Assembly: GCF_009914755.1 (NCBI RefSeq)
Contig: NC_060931.1
Reading direction: 5' to 3' (one strand)
From: the human T2T-CHM13v2.0 reference genome, Homo sapiens
DNA length: 64,000 nucleotides
Below, piece by piece: positions 25,166 through 42,046 of this stretch. Each line of letters begins with the position of its first letter. Positions within the stretch are counted from its first letter, which is position 1. The position numbers were made by a program, and so were the translations under genes. The notes under the pieces were generated by a model. It saw only the letters and a program-made list of their open reading frames with translations, did no database searches and had not been told where the DNA came from.

Positions 25166-27345
25166 TGCTATGCAGACTCAGTGGCTGCTGAGGTCTGCAG
25201 CCACTTGGGCAGGTTCAGAGATGCAGGAGTTTTTGCATACTCCAGCCTGGGGAATTCCAGTAAGTCAGGACATCTGTTCATTCCCATAGGAAGGGGGTTG
25301 AAGCCAGGGAGCCAAGTGGCATTGTTCAGCAGGCCCCATTCCCATGGAACCTCACAAGCTAAGACCCACTGGCTTGGAATCTCCACCAGCCAGCAGCAGC
25401 AGTTGCCTGAGACAACTGAGTTCCCGGAGGGAATTGGCGGCCAACATCTCTGTGGCTCCAGTCTGCCATTTTGCCCTGCCATGCTGGGGAAACTTGGCGT
25501 TTTGAACCAGGAGGAATTCCCCACAGTGCAGCACAGCATCTACGGCAGATTGTGGCCAGACTGCTTATTTAAGTAGTACCCTAACCCATTCCTCTTCACC
25601 AGGCAGGGCCTCCCTGTGGGAATTTCAGCAACTTCAGGCAGGATTTTACAAAAGAACTCTGATTTCCCTGGGAGGAAGCCCCTGGCGAGAGGGGCCAATA
25701 GCCTTTTCCGCCTGCAGGCTCTGGAGAGTTCCGGCAGTCTAAATGAGGGGGGTTCCCTCTAGTACAGCACCCCCACTCTGCCAAGAGGCAGCCAGGCTGC
25801 TTTTTCACATGGGTCCCCAAACTGGGTCCTCCTGATTGGATGAAATGTCCCAACAGGGATCTTCAGACACCCCATACAGAAGCATTGGGGCTAGCATCAG
25901 GTTGGTGACCCTCTGCGACAAAGCTCCCAGAAGAAGGAGCAGGCTGCCATCTTTGTTGTTTTGCCACCTCCACTTGTGATACCTCCAGGTGCAGGAGGGA
26001 TGCAGGTCAATAGGGTCTGGAGTGGAACCCCAGCAAACCACAGCAACCCTATGAAAGAGGGGTCTGACTGTTAAAAACAAATAGAAAGCAACAACAACAT
26101 CACCAATAAAAGACCCCACAAAAATTCCATTCAAAGGTCTGCATCCTCAAAGATCAAAGGTAGATAAGCCCACAAAGATAAGAAAAAAAATCAATGCAAA
26201 ACACCAAACACTCAAAAAGCCAGAGTGCCTCTTCTCCTCCAAATGATTGCAACACCTCTCCACCAAGGGCACAGAACTGAGCGGAGGCTTAGATGGATGA
26301 ATTGACAGAAGTAGGCTTCAGAAGGTGGGTAATAATGAACTTTGCTGAACTAAAGGAGCATGTTCTAACCCAATGCAAAGAAGCTAAAAACCATGATAAA
26401 AACATTACAGGAGCTGATAACCAGAATAACCAGTTTAGAGAGGAACATAAATGACCTGATAAATCTAAAAAACACAACACGAGAAATTCACAATGCAATC
26501 ACAAGTATCAATAGCAGAATAGACCAAGTGGAGGAAAGAATCTCAGAGCTTTAAGACTGTCTTGCTGAAATAAGAAAGGCAGACAAGACTAAAGAAAAAA
26601 AATGAAAAGGAAAAAAACAAAACCTCTGAGAAATATGGAATTATACAAAAAGACTGAACCTATGACTTACTGAAGTACCAGAAAGAGACAGAAAGAACAA
26701 AACCAAGTTGAAAAACATACTCCAGAATATCATCCCAGAGAACTTCCCCAACCTAGCAAAACAGGCACATTCAAATCCAGGAAATGCAGAAAACTCCAGT
26801 AAGATACTCCATGAAAAGATCAACCCTAAGACACATAATCATCAGATTCCTCAAGATAGACACGAAAGAAAAAATATTAAGAAAAACAAGAGAGAAAGGC
26901 CAGGTCACCTACAAAGGGAAGCCCATAAGACTAACAGTGGAACTCTCAGTGGAAACCCAGCAAGTCAGAAGAGATTGGGGACTAATATTCAACATTCTTA
27001 AGGAAAATAATTTCTAGCCCAGAATTTTGTATCTGGCCAAACTAAGCTTCCATAATTGAAAGAGAAATAAGTTCCTTTTCAAGCAAGCAAATGCTGAAGG
27101 AATTTGTCACCACCAGGCCTGCCTTGCAAGAGCTCCTGAAGGAAAGACTAAATATGGAAAGGAAAAATCATTACCACCCACTACAAAAACACATTGAAGT
27201 AGAGAGACTAGTGACACCATGAAGCAACTCCATAAACAAGTCTTCAAAATAACCAGCTGGCATTATGATGACAGGATCAAATTCACACATAACAATATTA
27301 GCCTTAAATGTCAATGGGCTAAATGCTCCAATTAAAAGACACAGA

Positions 27346-27657
<312 letters not shown>

Positions 27658-30600
27658 TCAAGACCCATTAGTGTGCTGTATTCAAGAGAACCATCTCACG
27701 TGAAAAGACATACATAGGGTCAAAAGAAAGGATAGAGGAAATTTTACCAAGCAAATGGAAAACAGAAAAAACACGGGTTGCAATCAAACTTTCTGAAAAA
27801 ACAGACTTTAAACCAACAGACATCAAAAAAGACAAAGAAGGGTATTACATAATGGTAAAGGGTTCAATTCAACAAGAAGAGCTAACTATCCTAAATATAC
27901 ATGCACCCAATACAGGAGCACACAGGCTAGTAAAGCAAGTTCTTAGAGACCTTCAAAGAGACTTAGACTGCCACACAATAATAATGATAGGCTTTAACAC
28001 TTCACTGTCAATATCAGACAGATTAATGAGACAGAAAATTAACAAAGCTATTCAGGACCTGAACTCAGCTCTGGATCAAGTGGACCTGATTGATACCTAC
28101 AGAACTCTTCACCCAAAAACAACAGACTATACATTCTTCTCATCACCACATGGCACTTACTCTAAAATTGATCACAAAATTGGAAGTAAAATACTCCTCA
28201 CTAAATGCAAAAGAATTGAAATTATAACAGTCTCTCAGGCCACACACAATCAAATTAGAACTCAAGAATAAGAAACTCACTAAAAACCACTAAACATACA
28301 TGGAAATTGAACAACCTGCTCCTGAGTGACACTTGGGTAAATAATAAAATTAAGGCAGAAATTGAGAAGTTCTTTAAAACTAATGAGAACCAAGAGACAA
28401 TGTACCAGAATCTCTGGGATGCAGCTAAAGCAGTGTTAAGAGGGAAATTTATAGCACTAAATGTCCACATCAAAAAACTATAAAGAGCTCAAACTAACAA
28501 CCTAACATCACAACTAAAAGCACTAGAGAACCAAGATCAAACCCCAAAGCTAGCAGAAGATAAATAACCAAGATCAGAGTGAAACTGAAAGAGATGGAGA
28601 CATAAAAAACCTTTCAAAAGGTTAATTCATTTAGTAGCTGGTTTTTTGAGAAAATTAATGAAATAGACCACGAGCTAGACTAATAAAGAAAAAAAGATAG
28701 AAGATTCAAATAAACACAATCAGAAATGATAAAGGGGATATCACCGCTGACCACACAGAAATGCAAACAACCATTAGAGAATACTGTAAACACCTCTATG
28801 CACATAAACTAGAAAATCTAGAATAAATTGATACATTCCTGGACACATACACCCTCCTAAGACTGAACCATGAAGAAGCTGAAGCCTTGAATAGACTAAT
28901 AACATGTTCTGAAATTGAGGCAGTAATACATAGCCTACCAACCAAAACTAGCCAAGGACCACATGGATTTACAGCTGAATTTTACCAGAGGTATGAAGCG
29001 AAGCTGGTATCACTTCTTCTGAAACTATTCTAAACAACTGAAAAGAGGGGACTCCTCCCTAACTCATTTTATGACAACAGCATCATCCTGAGACCAAAAC
29101 CTGCAAGAGACACAAAACAAACAGAAAGGCAAACAAACAAAACTTCAGGCCAATATCCCTGATGATCATCAATGCAAAAATCCTCAATAAAATACAGGTA
29201 AACCAAAACCAGCAGCACATCAAAAAGCTTATCCACCATGATCAAGTTGGCTCCATCTCTGTGAAGCAAAGTTAGTTGAACATACACAAATCAATAGATG
29301 TAATTCATCACAAAACAGAACTAAACACAAAAAAACACATGATTATCTCAATAGAAGCAAAAAGGCCTTCAATAAAATTCAACATCCCTTCATGTAAAAA
29401 CTCTCAGTAAACTAAGTGTTGAAGGAACATATCTCAAAATAATAACAGCCATATATGACAAACCCACAGAAAATATCATACTGAAGGGGCAAGGCTGGAA
29501 GAAATCCCCTTGAAAACCAGCACAAGAAAAGGATGCCCTCTTTCACCACTCCTATATAACAGAGTATTGGAAGTTCTGGCCAGCACAATCAGGCGACAGA
29601 AAGAAATAAAGGTATTCAAATAGGTGGGCCAAATAGGAACAAATCCAGTCTACAGCTCCCAGCATGAGCAACACAGAAGACGGGTGGTTTCTGCATTTCC
29701 AACTGAGGTACCGGGTTCCTCTCACTGGGGATTGTCGGACAGTGGGTGCAGGACAGTGGGTGCAGCACACCAAGCATGAGCTGAAGCAAGGCGAGGCATC
29801 ACCTCACCCAGGAAGTGCAAGGGATCAGGGAATTCCCTTTCCTAGCCATGGGAAGGGGGGACAAACGGCACCTGGAAAATCGGGTCACTCCCACTCTAAT
29901 ACTGCGCTTTTCCAATGTTCTTAGCAAATGGCACACCAGAAGATTATATCCCACGCCTGGCTCGGAGGGTCATACACCCAAGGAGCCTCGCTCATTGCTA
30001 GCACAGGAGTCTGAGATCGAACTGCAACACGGCAGCGAGGCTGGGGGAGGGGCGCCTGCCATTGCTGAGGCTTGAGTAGGTAAACAAAGCAGCCTGGAAG
30101 CTTGAACCGGGTGGAGCCCAGCACAGCTCAAGGAGGCCTGCCTGCCTCTGTAGACTCCACCTCTGAGGGCAGGGCATAGCTGAACAAAAGGCAGCAGAAA
30201 CCTTTGCAGAATTACATGTCCCTGTTTGACAGCTTGGAAGAGAGTACTGTTACTTCCAACACGCAGCCGGAGATCTGAGAACGGACAGACTGCCTCCTCA
30301 AGTGGGTCCTTGACCTCCGAGTAGCCTAACTGGGAGGCACCCCCCAGGAGGGGAGGACTGACACCTCACATGGCTGGGTACCCCTCTGAGACAAAACTTC
30401 CAGAGGAGCGATCAGGCAGCAACATTTGCTGTTCACCAATATTCGCTGTTCTGCAGCCTCTGCTGCTGACACCCAGGCAAACGGTCTGGAGTGGACCTCC
30501 AGCAAACTCCAAGAGACCTGCAGCTGAGGGTCCTCACTGTTAGAAGGAAAACTAACAAACAGAAAGGACATCCACACCAAAACCCCATCTGTACGTCACC

Positions 30601-30896
30601 ATCATCAAAGACCAAAGGTAGATAAAACCACAAAGACGGGGAAAAAACAGAGCAGAAAAACTGAAAATTCTTAAAATCAGAGTGCCTCTCCAACTCCAAA
30701 GGAACGCAGCTCCTCACAAGCAACAGAACAAAGCTGGATGCAGAATGACTTTGATGAGTTGAGAGAAGAAGGCTACAGATGATCAAACTTCTCCGGGCTA
30801 AAGGAGGAAGTTTGAACCCATGGCAAAGAAGTTAAAACCCTTGGAAAAAGATTAGACGAATGGCTAACTAGAATAACCAATGCAGAGAAGTCCTTA

Positions 30897-31652
30897 ATGG
30901 ACTTGATGGAGCTGAAAACCATGGCAGGAGAACGACGTGATGAATGCACAAGCCTCAGTAGCAGACTCAATCAAGTGGAAGAAAGGGTATCAGTGATTGA
31001 AGATCAAATGAATGAAATGAAGCAAGAACAGAAGTTTACAGAAAAAAGAATAAAAACAAATAAACAAAGCCTCGAAGAAATATGGGACTATGTGAAAAGA
31101 CCAAATCTACGTCTGACTGGTGTACCTGAAAGTGATGGGGAGAATGGAACCAAGTTGGAAAACACTCTGCGAGATATTATCCAGGAGAAATGCCCCAACC
31201 TAGCAAGGCAGGCCAACATTCTGATTCAGGAAATACAGAGAATGCCACAAACATACTCCACAAGAAGAGCAACTCCAAGACACATAATTGTCACATTCAC
31301 CAAAGTTGAAATGAAGGAAAAATTATTAAGGGCAGCCAGAGATAAAGGTTGGGTCACCCACAAAGGGAAGCCCATCAGACTAACAGTGGATCTCTCAGCA
31401 GAAACTCTACAAGCCAGAAGAGAGTGGGGGCCAATATTCAACATTCTTAAAGAAAAGAATTTTCAATCCAGAATTTCATATCCAGCCAAACTAAGCTTCA
31501 TAAGTGAAGGAGAAATAAAATCCTTTACAGACAAGCAAATGCTGAGAGATTTTGTCACCATCATGCCTGCCCTACAAGAGCTCCTGAAGAAAGCACTAAA
31601 CAAGGAAAGGAACAACTGGTACCAGCCACTGCAAAAACATGCCAAATTGTAA
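30897..31652 (+). pseudogene. L1 ORF1p C-terminal 251 aa still open (N-terminus disrupted)
   Basis: ORF track: ...RPNLRL.GVPE...YPAKLSF...KHAKL; upstream stops and lost start codon. Confidence 0.9.
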
Positions 31653-31700
31653 AGACCATCAATGCAAGGAAGAAACTGCATCAACTAATGAGCAAAATAA

Positions 31701-33725
<2,025 letters not shown>

Positions 33726-34138
33726 TGCTGGAAGTTCTGGCCAGGGCAATCAGGCAGGAGAAAGAAATAAAGGGTATTCAATTAGGAAAAGAGGAAGTCA
33801 AATTGTCCCTGTTTGCAGATGACATGATTGTATATTTAGAAAACCTCATCATCTCAGCCCCAAATCTCCTTAAGCTGATAAGCAACTTCAGCAAAGTCTC
33901 AGGATACAAAATCAATGTGCAAAAATCACAAGCATTCTTATACACCAATAACAGACAAACAGAGATCCAAATCATGTGTGAACTCCCATTCACAATTGCT
34001 TCAAAGAGAATAAAATACCTAGGAATCCAACATACAAGGGATGTAAAGGATCTCTTCAAGGAGAACTACAAATCATTGCTCAATAAAATAAAAGAGGACA
34101 CAAACAAATTGAAGAACACTCCATGCTCATGGATATGA

Positions 34139-34375
<237 letters not shown>

Positions 34376-34378
34376 TGA

Positions 34379-35005
<627 letters not shown>

Positions 35006-36584
35006 TGACTGGCCATCAGAGAAATGCAAATCGAAACCACAATGAGATAGCATCTCACACCAGTTAGAATGGCGATCATTAAAAAGTCAGGAAACAACAG
35101 GTGCTGGAGAGGATGTGGAGAAATAGGAACACTTTTACACTGTTGGTGGGACTGTAAACTGGTTCAACCATTGTGGAAGACAGTGTGCCGATTCCTCAGG
35201 GATCTAGAACTAGAAATACCATTTGACCCAGCCATCCCATTACTGGGTATATACCCAAAGGATTATAAATCATGCTGCTATGAAGACACATGCACACTTA
35301 CGTTTACTGCGGCACTATTCACAATAGCAAAGACTTGGAACCAACATAAATGTCCAACAATGTATAGACCGGATTAAGAAAATGGCAGATATACACCATG
35401 GAATACTATCTAGCCATAAAAAATGATGAGTTCATGTCCTTTGTAGGGACATGGATGAAGCTGGAAACCATCATTCTCAGTAAACCATCGCAAGGGCAAA
35501 AAACTAAACATCTCATGTTCTCATTCCTAGGTGGGAATTGAACAATGAGAACACATGGACACAGGAAGGGGGACATCACACACTGGGGCCTGCTGTGGGG
35601 TGGGGGGAGGGGGGAGGGAGAGCATTAGGAGATATACCTAATGTAAATGACGAGTTAATGGGTGCAGCACACCAACATGGCACATGTATACGTATGTGAC
35701 AAACCTGCAAGTTGTGCACATGTACCCTAGAACTTAAAGTATAATGAAAAATAATAATAATAATAATAAAATGAAAAAAGGTAAAAAAAATAAAAAATAA
35801 AAAATAAAAGTTATCTCAATGTTAAAAAAAAAAACATATCCAAATAGAAAGAGGAAAAAGTCAAGTTATCTATGCAGATGACATCATCGTATATCTAGAA
35901 AATCCTATTGTCTCAGTTCTAAAGCTTCTTAAGCTGATAAGAAACTTCAGTAAAGTCTCAGGATACAAAATCAATGTGCAAAAATCACAAGCATTCCTAT
36001 ACATCAACAACAGACAAGCAAAAAGCCAAATAATGAATGAACTCCCATTCACAATTGCTGCACAGAGAATAAAATACCTAGGAATACAGCCTATAAGGGA
36101 AGTGAATGACTTCTTCAATTAGAACTACAAACCACTGTTCAAGGAAATAAGAGAAGACACAAACAAATGAAATAACATTCCATGCTCACGGATGGGAAGA
36201 ATCAATATCATGAAAATGGCCATACTGCCCAAAGTAATTTACAGGTTCAATGCTATTCCCATTAAACAAACATTGACATTCTTCACAGAATTTTAAAAAA
36301 AAACAATTTCTAAACTGACATAAAACCAAAAAGGAGCTAAGACAATCCTAAGCAAAAAAAAAAAAAAAAAAGCCAGAGTCATCACACTACCTGACTTCAA
36401 ACTATACTGCAAGGCTATAGTAACCAAAACACCATGGTACAGGTACAGAAAGAGACACATAGACCAATGGAACAAAATAGAGAACTCACAAATAAGACCA
36501 CACTCCTACAACCACCTGATCTTTGTCAAACCCGACAAAAACAAACAATGGGGAAAGAATTCCCTATTTAATAAATGGTGCTAG

Positions 36585-36728
<144 letters not shown>

Positions 36729-39700
36729 TAGGACACAGGCACAGGCAAAGATTTCATCATGAAATCCAATTTGTCAATTTTTGCAGTTACAACAAAAGCA
36801 AAAATTGACAAATTGGATCTGATTAAACCATAGAGCTTCTACACAGCAAAACAAACTATCATCAGAGTGAACAGACAACCTACAGAATGGAAGAATATTT
36901 TTGCAATCTATCCATCTGACAAAGGTCTAATATCCAAAGTCTACAAGGAACTCAAACAAATTTACAAAAAAAAAAAAAAAAAAAAAACCAACCCCATTAA
37001 AAGGTCGAGCAAAGAACATGAACAGTCACTTCTCAAAAGAAGATATTTATGTGGCCAACAGACATGAAAAAATGCTTAACATCACTGATTATCAGAGAAA
37101 TGCAAATCAAAACCACAATGAGATACCATCTCACACCAGTCAGAATGGCGATTATTACAAAATCAAGAAATAACAGATGCTGGGGGTTGTGGAAAAAAAG
37201 GAACGGTTTTACACTGTTGGTGGGAATATAAATTAATTAGGAACGGTTTTACACTGTTGGTGAGAATGTACATTAATTCAACCATTGTGGAAGACAGTGT
37301 GGTGATTCCTCAAAGATCTAGAAGCAGAAATAACATTTGACCCAGCAATCTTATTACTGGGTATATACCAAAAGAAATATAAATCATTCTATTATAAAGA
37401 TACATGCACACATATGTTCATTGCAGTACTATTCACAATAGCAAAGGCATGGATTAATCCAAATGCCTATCAATGGTATACTGGATAAAGAAAATGTGGT
37501 ACATATACACCATGGAATTCTATGCAGCCATAAAAAGGAACGCGATCATGTCCTTTGCAGGGACACAGATGGAGCTGGAAGCCATTATCCTCAGCAAACA
37601 CAGAAACAAAACCAAACACTACGTGTTCTCACTTATAAGTGGCAGCTGAACAATGAGAACACATGAACACAGAGAATGGGGGACAACACACACTGGGACT
37701 TCTCAGGGGTACTCAGGGAAGGAGAGCCTCAGGAAAAATAGCTAATGCATGCTGGGCTTAATACCTAGGTGATAGGTTGATCTGTGCGGCAAACCACTAT
37801 AGCATACATTTATCTATGTAACAAACCTGCACACTCTGCACGTGTACCCTGGAACTTAAAATAAAAGTTGAAGGAAAAAAAATGGTGCTGGGATAACTGA
37901 CTAGCCAGAATGAAACTGGACACTTACATTTTACCATATGCAAAAATTAACTCAAGATAGATTAAAGATTTAAATGTAAGACATCAAACTATAAAAATCT
38001 TAGGATAAAACCTAGGAAATATAATTGTGAACATAGCTTTCAGAAAGAATTTCTGACTAAGTCCTAAAAATTGCAAAGAAACAAAAAATCACAAGTGGGA
38101 AATAATTAAACTAAAGTGCTTCCGCACAGCAAAAGAAACTTGATAGTAAATAACAAAGTAAATAAACAATCTACAGAATGGGAGAAAATATTCACAAATA
38201 ATGCAATACAAAGGTCTAATATCCAGAATCTTTAAGGAACTTAAACAATTCAACAAACATAAAATAAAATAACCCATTAAAAATTGGGCAATAGACATGA
38301 ACAGACAATTCTCAAAGGAAGACATACAAGTGGCCAACAAACTAACAAAAAATACTCCAAATCACTAATCATTAGAGAAATGCACATCAAAACCCCAATT
38401 AGATAATGCCTCAAACCAATCAGTAGGGCTAGTATTAAAAAGTCAAAAATAACAGATGTTGGCAAGGCTGTGGAAAAAAAGGGAATGTTTATATATTGTT
38501 GGTGGAAATGTAAATTAGTTCAGTCACTGTGGAAAGCAGTTTGGAGATTTCTCAAAGAGCTTTGGCCATTTTGGATCTTTTGTTGTTTTATGCAAAATTT
38601 AGAATTTCTTTATATTTCTGTGAAAAAATATTATTGAAATTTTGGTAGGGATTATATTAAATCTGTAGATCACATTGGGTAATATGAAAATTTAAACATT
38701 AACTCTCCCAATCCACTAACATGAGATTTGCATTTTCTTCAATCTCTGTCATCAATGTTTTATAATTTTCAGTGAATAAATTTTTCTTCTCCTTGGTTAA
38801 ACTCATTCCTAATATTTTATATTTATACAGCTATTGTAAATGAGATTTTAAAAAATTATGTAGTTTATTGTTAGTATATAGAATCACTACTGATTTTTGT
38901 GTGTTGATTTTGTATCCTGCAATATTACTAAATTTGTTTATGGTTCTGACAGATTTCCAGTGGAGTTTTTAGGATTTTCTATAAATAAGATCATGTTGTC
39001 TGCAAACAGTGACAACTGCACTTCTTCCTTTACAATTTGGATGCCTTATTTCATTCCCTTGCCTAACTGCTCTTTCTAGGACATCTAGTACTATGTGGAA
39101 CAGAATTGATGGGAGTTGGCATCTTTGCTCTGTTTCTAATCTTAGGTGAAAACCTGTTAAATTTTCACCGTTCAGTATGATGTTAGCTACGGGCTGTCAT
39201 ACATAGCCTTTGAGACATGCTTCTTCTCTACCTAGTTCGTTGAGAGTTTTTATAATGAAAGGATGTTAAATTTTGTCATATCCCCTTTCAGCATCTGTTG
39301 AGATAATGATATGTTTTCTGTTCTTCATTTCATTAGTGTGGTGCATCACACTTATTGATTTAGATATGTTGAACCATCCATGCATCCCAGTGATAAGTCC
39401 CTCTTAATCATGACGAATAATCTTTTTAATGTGCTATTAAATTTGGTTTACTAGTATTCTGTTGAGAATTTTTGCACCTACATTCATCAGATATATGAGC
39501 TTGTAATTTCTTATAGTGTCCTTATCGGGCTTTGGTATTAGGGTAATGCTGGCCTTGGTAAATGAGTTTCATCATTTTTCTTCCTCTTCAGTTTTTTGGA
39601 AGAGTTTGAGAAAAATTGGTATTAATTATTTGAATATTTGGCAGAATTTCACAGTGAAGCTATAAGGTCTTGGGCTTTTCATGGTTGGGAGACTTTTTAT

Positions 39701-41712
39701 TACTGATTCAATCTCCTTACTCATTATTTTTCTGTTCATGTTGTTTACTTATTCAGTTTGGGTAGGCTGTACATTCAAGGAATTCATCCATTTCTTCTAG
39801 GTTATTCAGTGTGTTTGTGTACAATTGTTCATAGTATTGTCTTGGGATACTTTGTATTTCTGTTATCAGTTTTAATGTTTCCTCCTTCTTTTCTGAGTCT
39901 TCTCTTTTTTACTTAATCTAGCTAAAGCTTCGTTGATTTTATCTTTACAGAAAACCAACTCTTAGTTTCATTTATCTTTTCTATTGTTTTTCCATTTTCT
40001 ACTTAATTTATTTATGTTCTGATTTTTATTACTTCCTTCCTTCTACTAACTTTGAGCTTAGTTTTCTTTCTCTATTTCCTTGAGGTGTAATTTTTGATTG
40101 TTTGAAATCTTTCTTTTTTGATGTAGGCATTGCTATAAACATATCTTTTATAACTGATTTTGCTGTATCCTAAAAAGTTTTGGTATGTTGTATTCCCATA
40201 TTGATTTGTCTCAAAATATTTTTTAATTTCTCTTCTAATTTTTTCTCTGATTCATTGATCATTTAGGGGCTTATTGCTTTATTTTTACATGTTTTTACAT
40301 ATTTGTGAGTATTATGAAATTCCTATTTGTATTTTCACAAAATTATGGTTGGAGAAGATAATTGATACAATTTCAATCTTCTTAAATTTGTTAAGACTTG
40401 TTTTGTGGTGTAACATATAATCTATTCTGGAGAAATTTTCATGAGCACTTGAAAAGTATATGTGTTCTGCTGCTGTTGGATGGAATATTCTATAATATGT
40501 CTGTTAGGTCAACTTGGTCTAACGTGTAGTTCACCTTCAATGTTTCCTTATTTATTTCCATTCTGGATGATCTGTATATTGTTAAAAGTGTGTTACTGAG
40601 TTCCTCTACTACTATTGTATTATTGTCTATCTCTTTCTTCAGATATATTATTATTTGCTTCATATATTCAGGTATTCTGATGTTGGGTACATATATGTTT
40701 ACAGTTGTTGTATCTTTTGATAAATTAATCCCTTCATTGTTATATAATGACTTTCCTGCTTTTGTTATACAGTTTTTGACTTAGTCTATTTTATCTGATA
40801 TCAATATAGTGTATTCTGTTCTTTTCTGTTTTCCATTAGCATACAATAGCTTTTTTCCATCTTTTCACTTTCAATCTATGTGTCCTCAAAGCTGAATTGA
40901 GTCTCTTGTAGAAAGCATATAGTTGAGCCTTGTTTCATTATCCTTTCAATTACTATATGTTTTCTGATGGAGAATACAATCCATTTATATGCCAAGTAAA
41001 TATTGGTAGCTAAGGATTTACTGTTGCCATTTTGTTAATTGTTTTCTGGTTGCTTTGTAGATCCTTCATTCCTTTTTTCTTCTCTGGCTATCTTCCTTTC
41101 AGAATAGATGATTTTGTCCAGTGATATGCTTTGATTTCTTACTTCTTATGTTTTGTGTACTTATTACAGGTTTATGCTTTGTGGATACTATGAGGATTAC
41201 CTAAAAGAATTTATAGTTATAATAGGCTATTTTAATCTGATGACAACTTAACTTTGATCACATAAAACAACTCTACATTTTACTCCACCCCACTCCCCAT
41301 TTTAAGTTCTTGATTCACAACTCATATATTTTTATATTGTATATCCTTTAACAAATTATGGTAGTTATGATTTTTAATAGTTTTATCTTTTAATCTTAAT
41401 ACTATACTGGAGATATAAATTATTTACACACACCTTTACAGTTTTAGAGTATTTTAAATTTGACTGTGTACTTTCTTTTTCAGGTAGTTTAATACTTTCA
41501 TATGTTTTCATGTTAAAAATTCACATTTTAATTTTAGCTTGAAGAACTCCGTTTAGCATTTCTCATAAGAGAGGTCTAGTAGTGAAGAAGTCTATCAGAT
41601 TGTGCATGTCTGGAACAGTCTTTAACTCTCCTTCAAATCTGAAAAATAGCTTTGCTCAGTATAGTGTTCTTGATTGGTAGGAATTTTTTTTTCCTTCAGA
41701 ACTTTGAACATA

Positions 41713-42046
41713 CAGTCAGCCCTCCATATTTGTGAGTTCCCCATCTGTGCATTCAACCAACCACAGATCAAAAACATTCCCCTGCAAAACTGCATCTGTA
41801 CTGAAAACCTACAAATGTTTTTCTTGTCATTGTTACTAAACAGTACAGTGTAATATCTATTTAGACAGTATTTACACTGTATTAGTTACTATAAATAATC
41901 CAGAGATTATTTAAAGTATACGGTAGTATATGCATAGGTTATATGCAAATACTATGCCAGTTTATATTGGTACTTGAGCATCTATGGATTTTGGTATCCA
42001 TGGGAGGGCCTTGAACCAACCCCACATGGATGCTGAGTGACGACTC
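41713..42046 (-). mobile_element. MER2 (TcMar-Tigger) MITE in the L1MA
   Basis: TIR-like ends 'cagtcagccctccatatt' and 'ggatgctgagtgacgactc', flanked by TA on both sides; ~335 bp. Confidence 0.85.
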
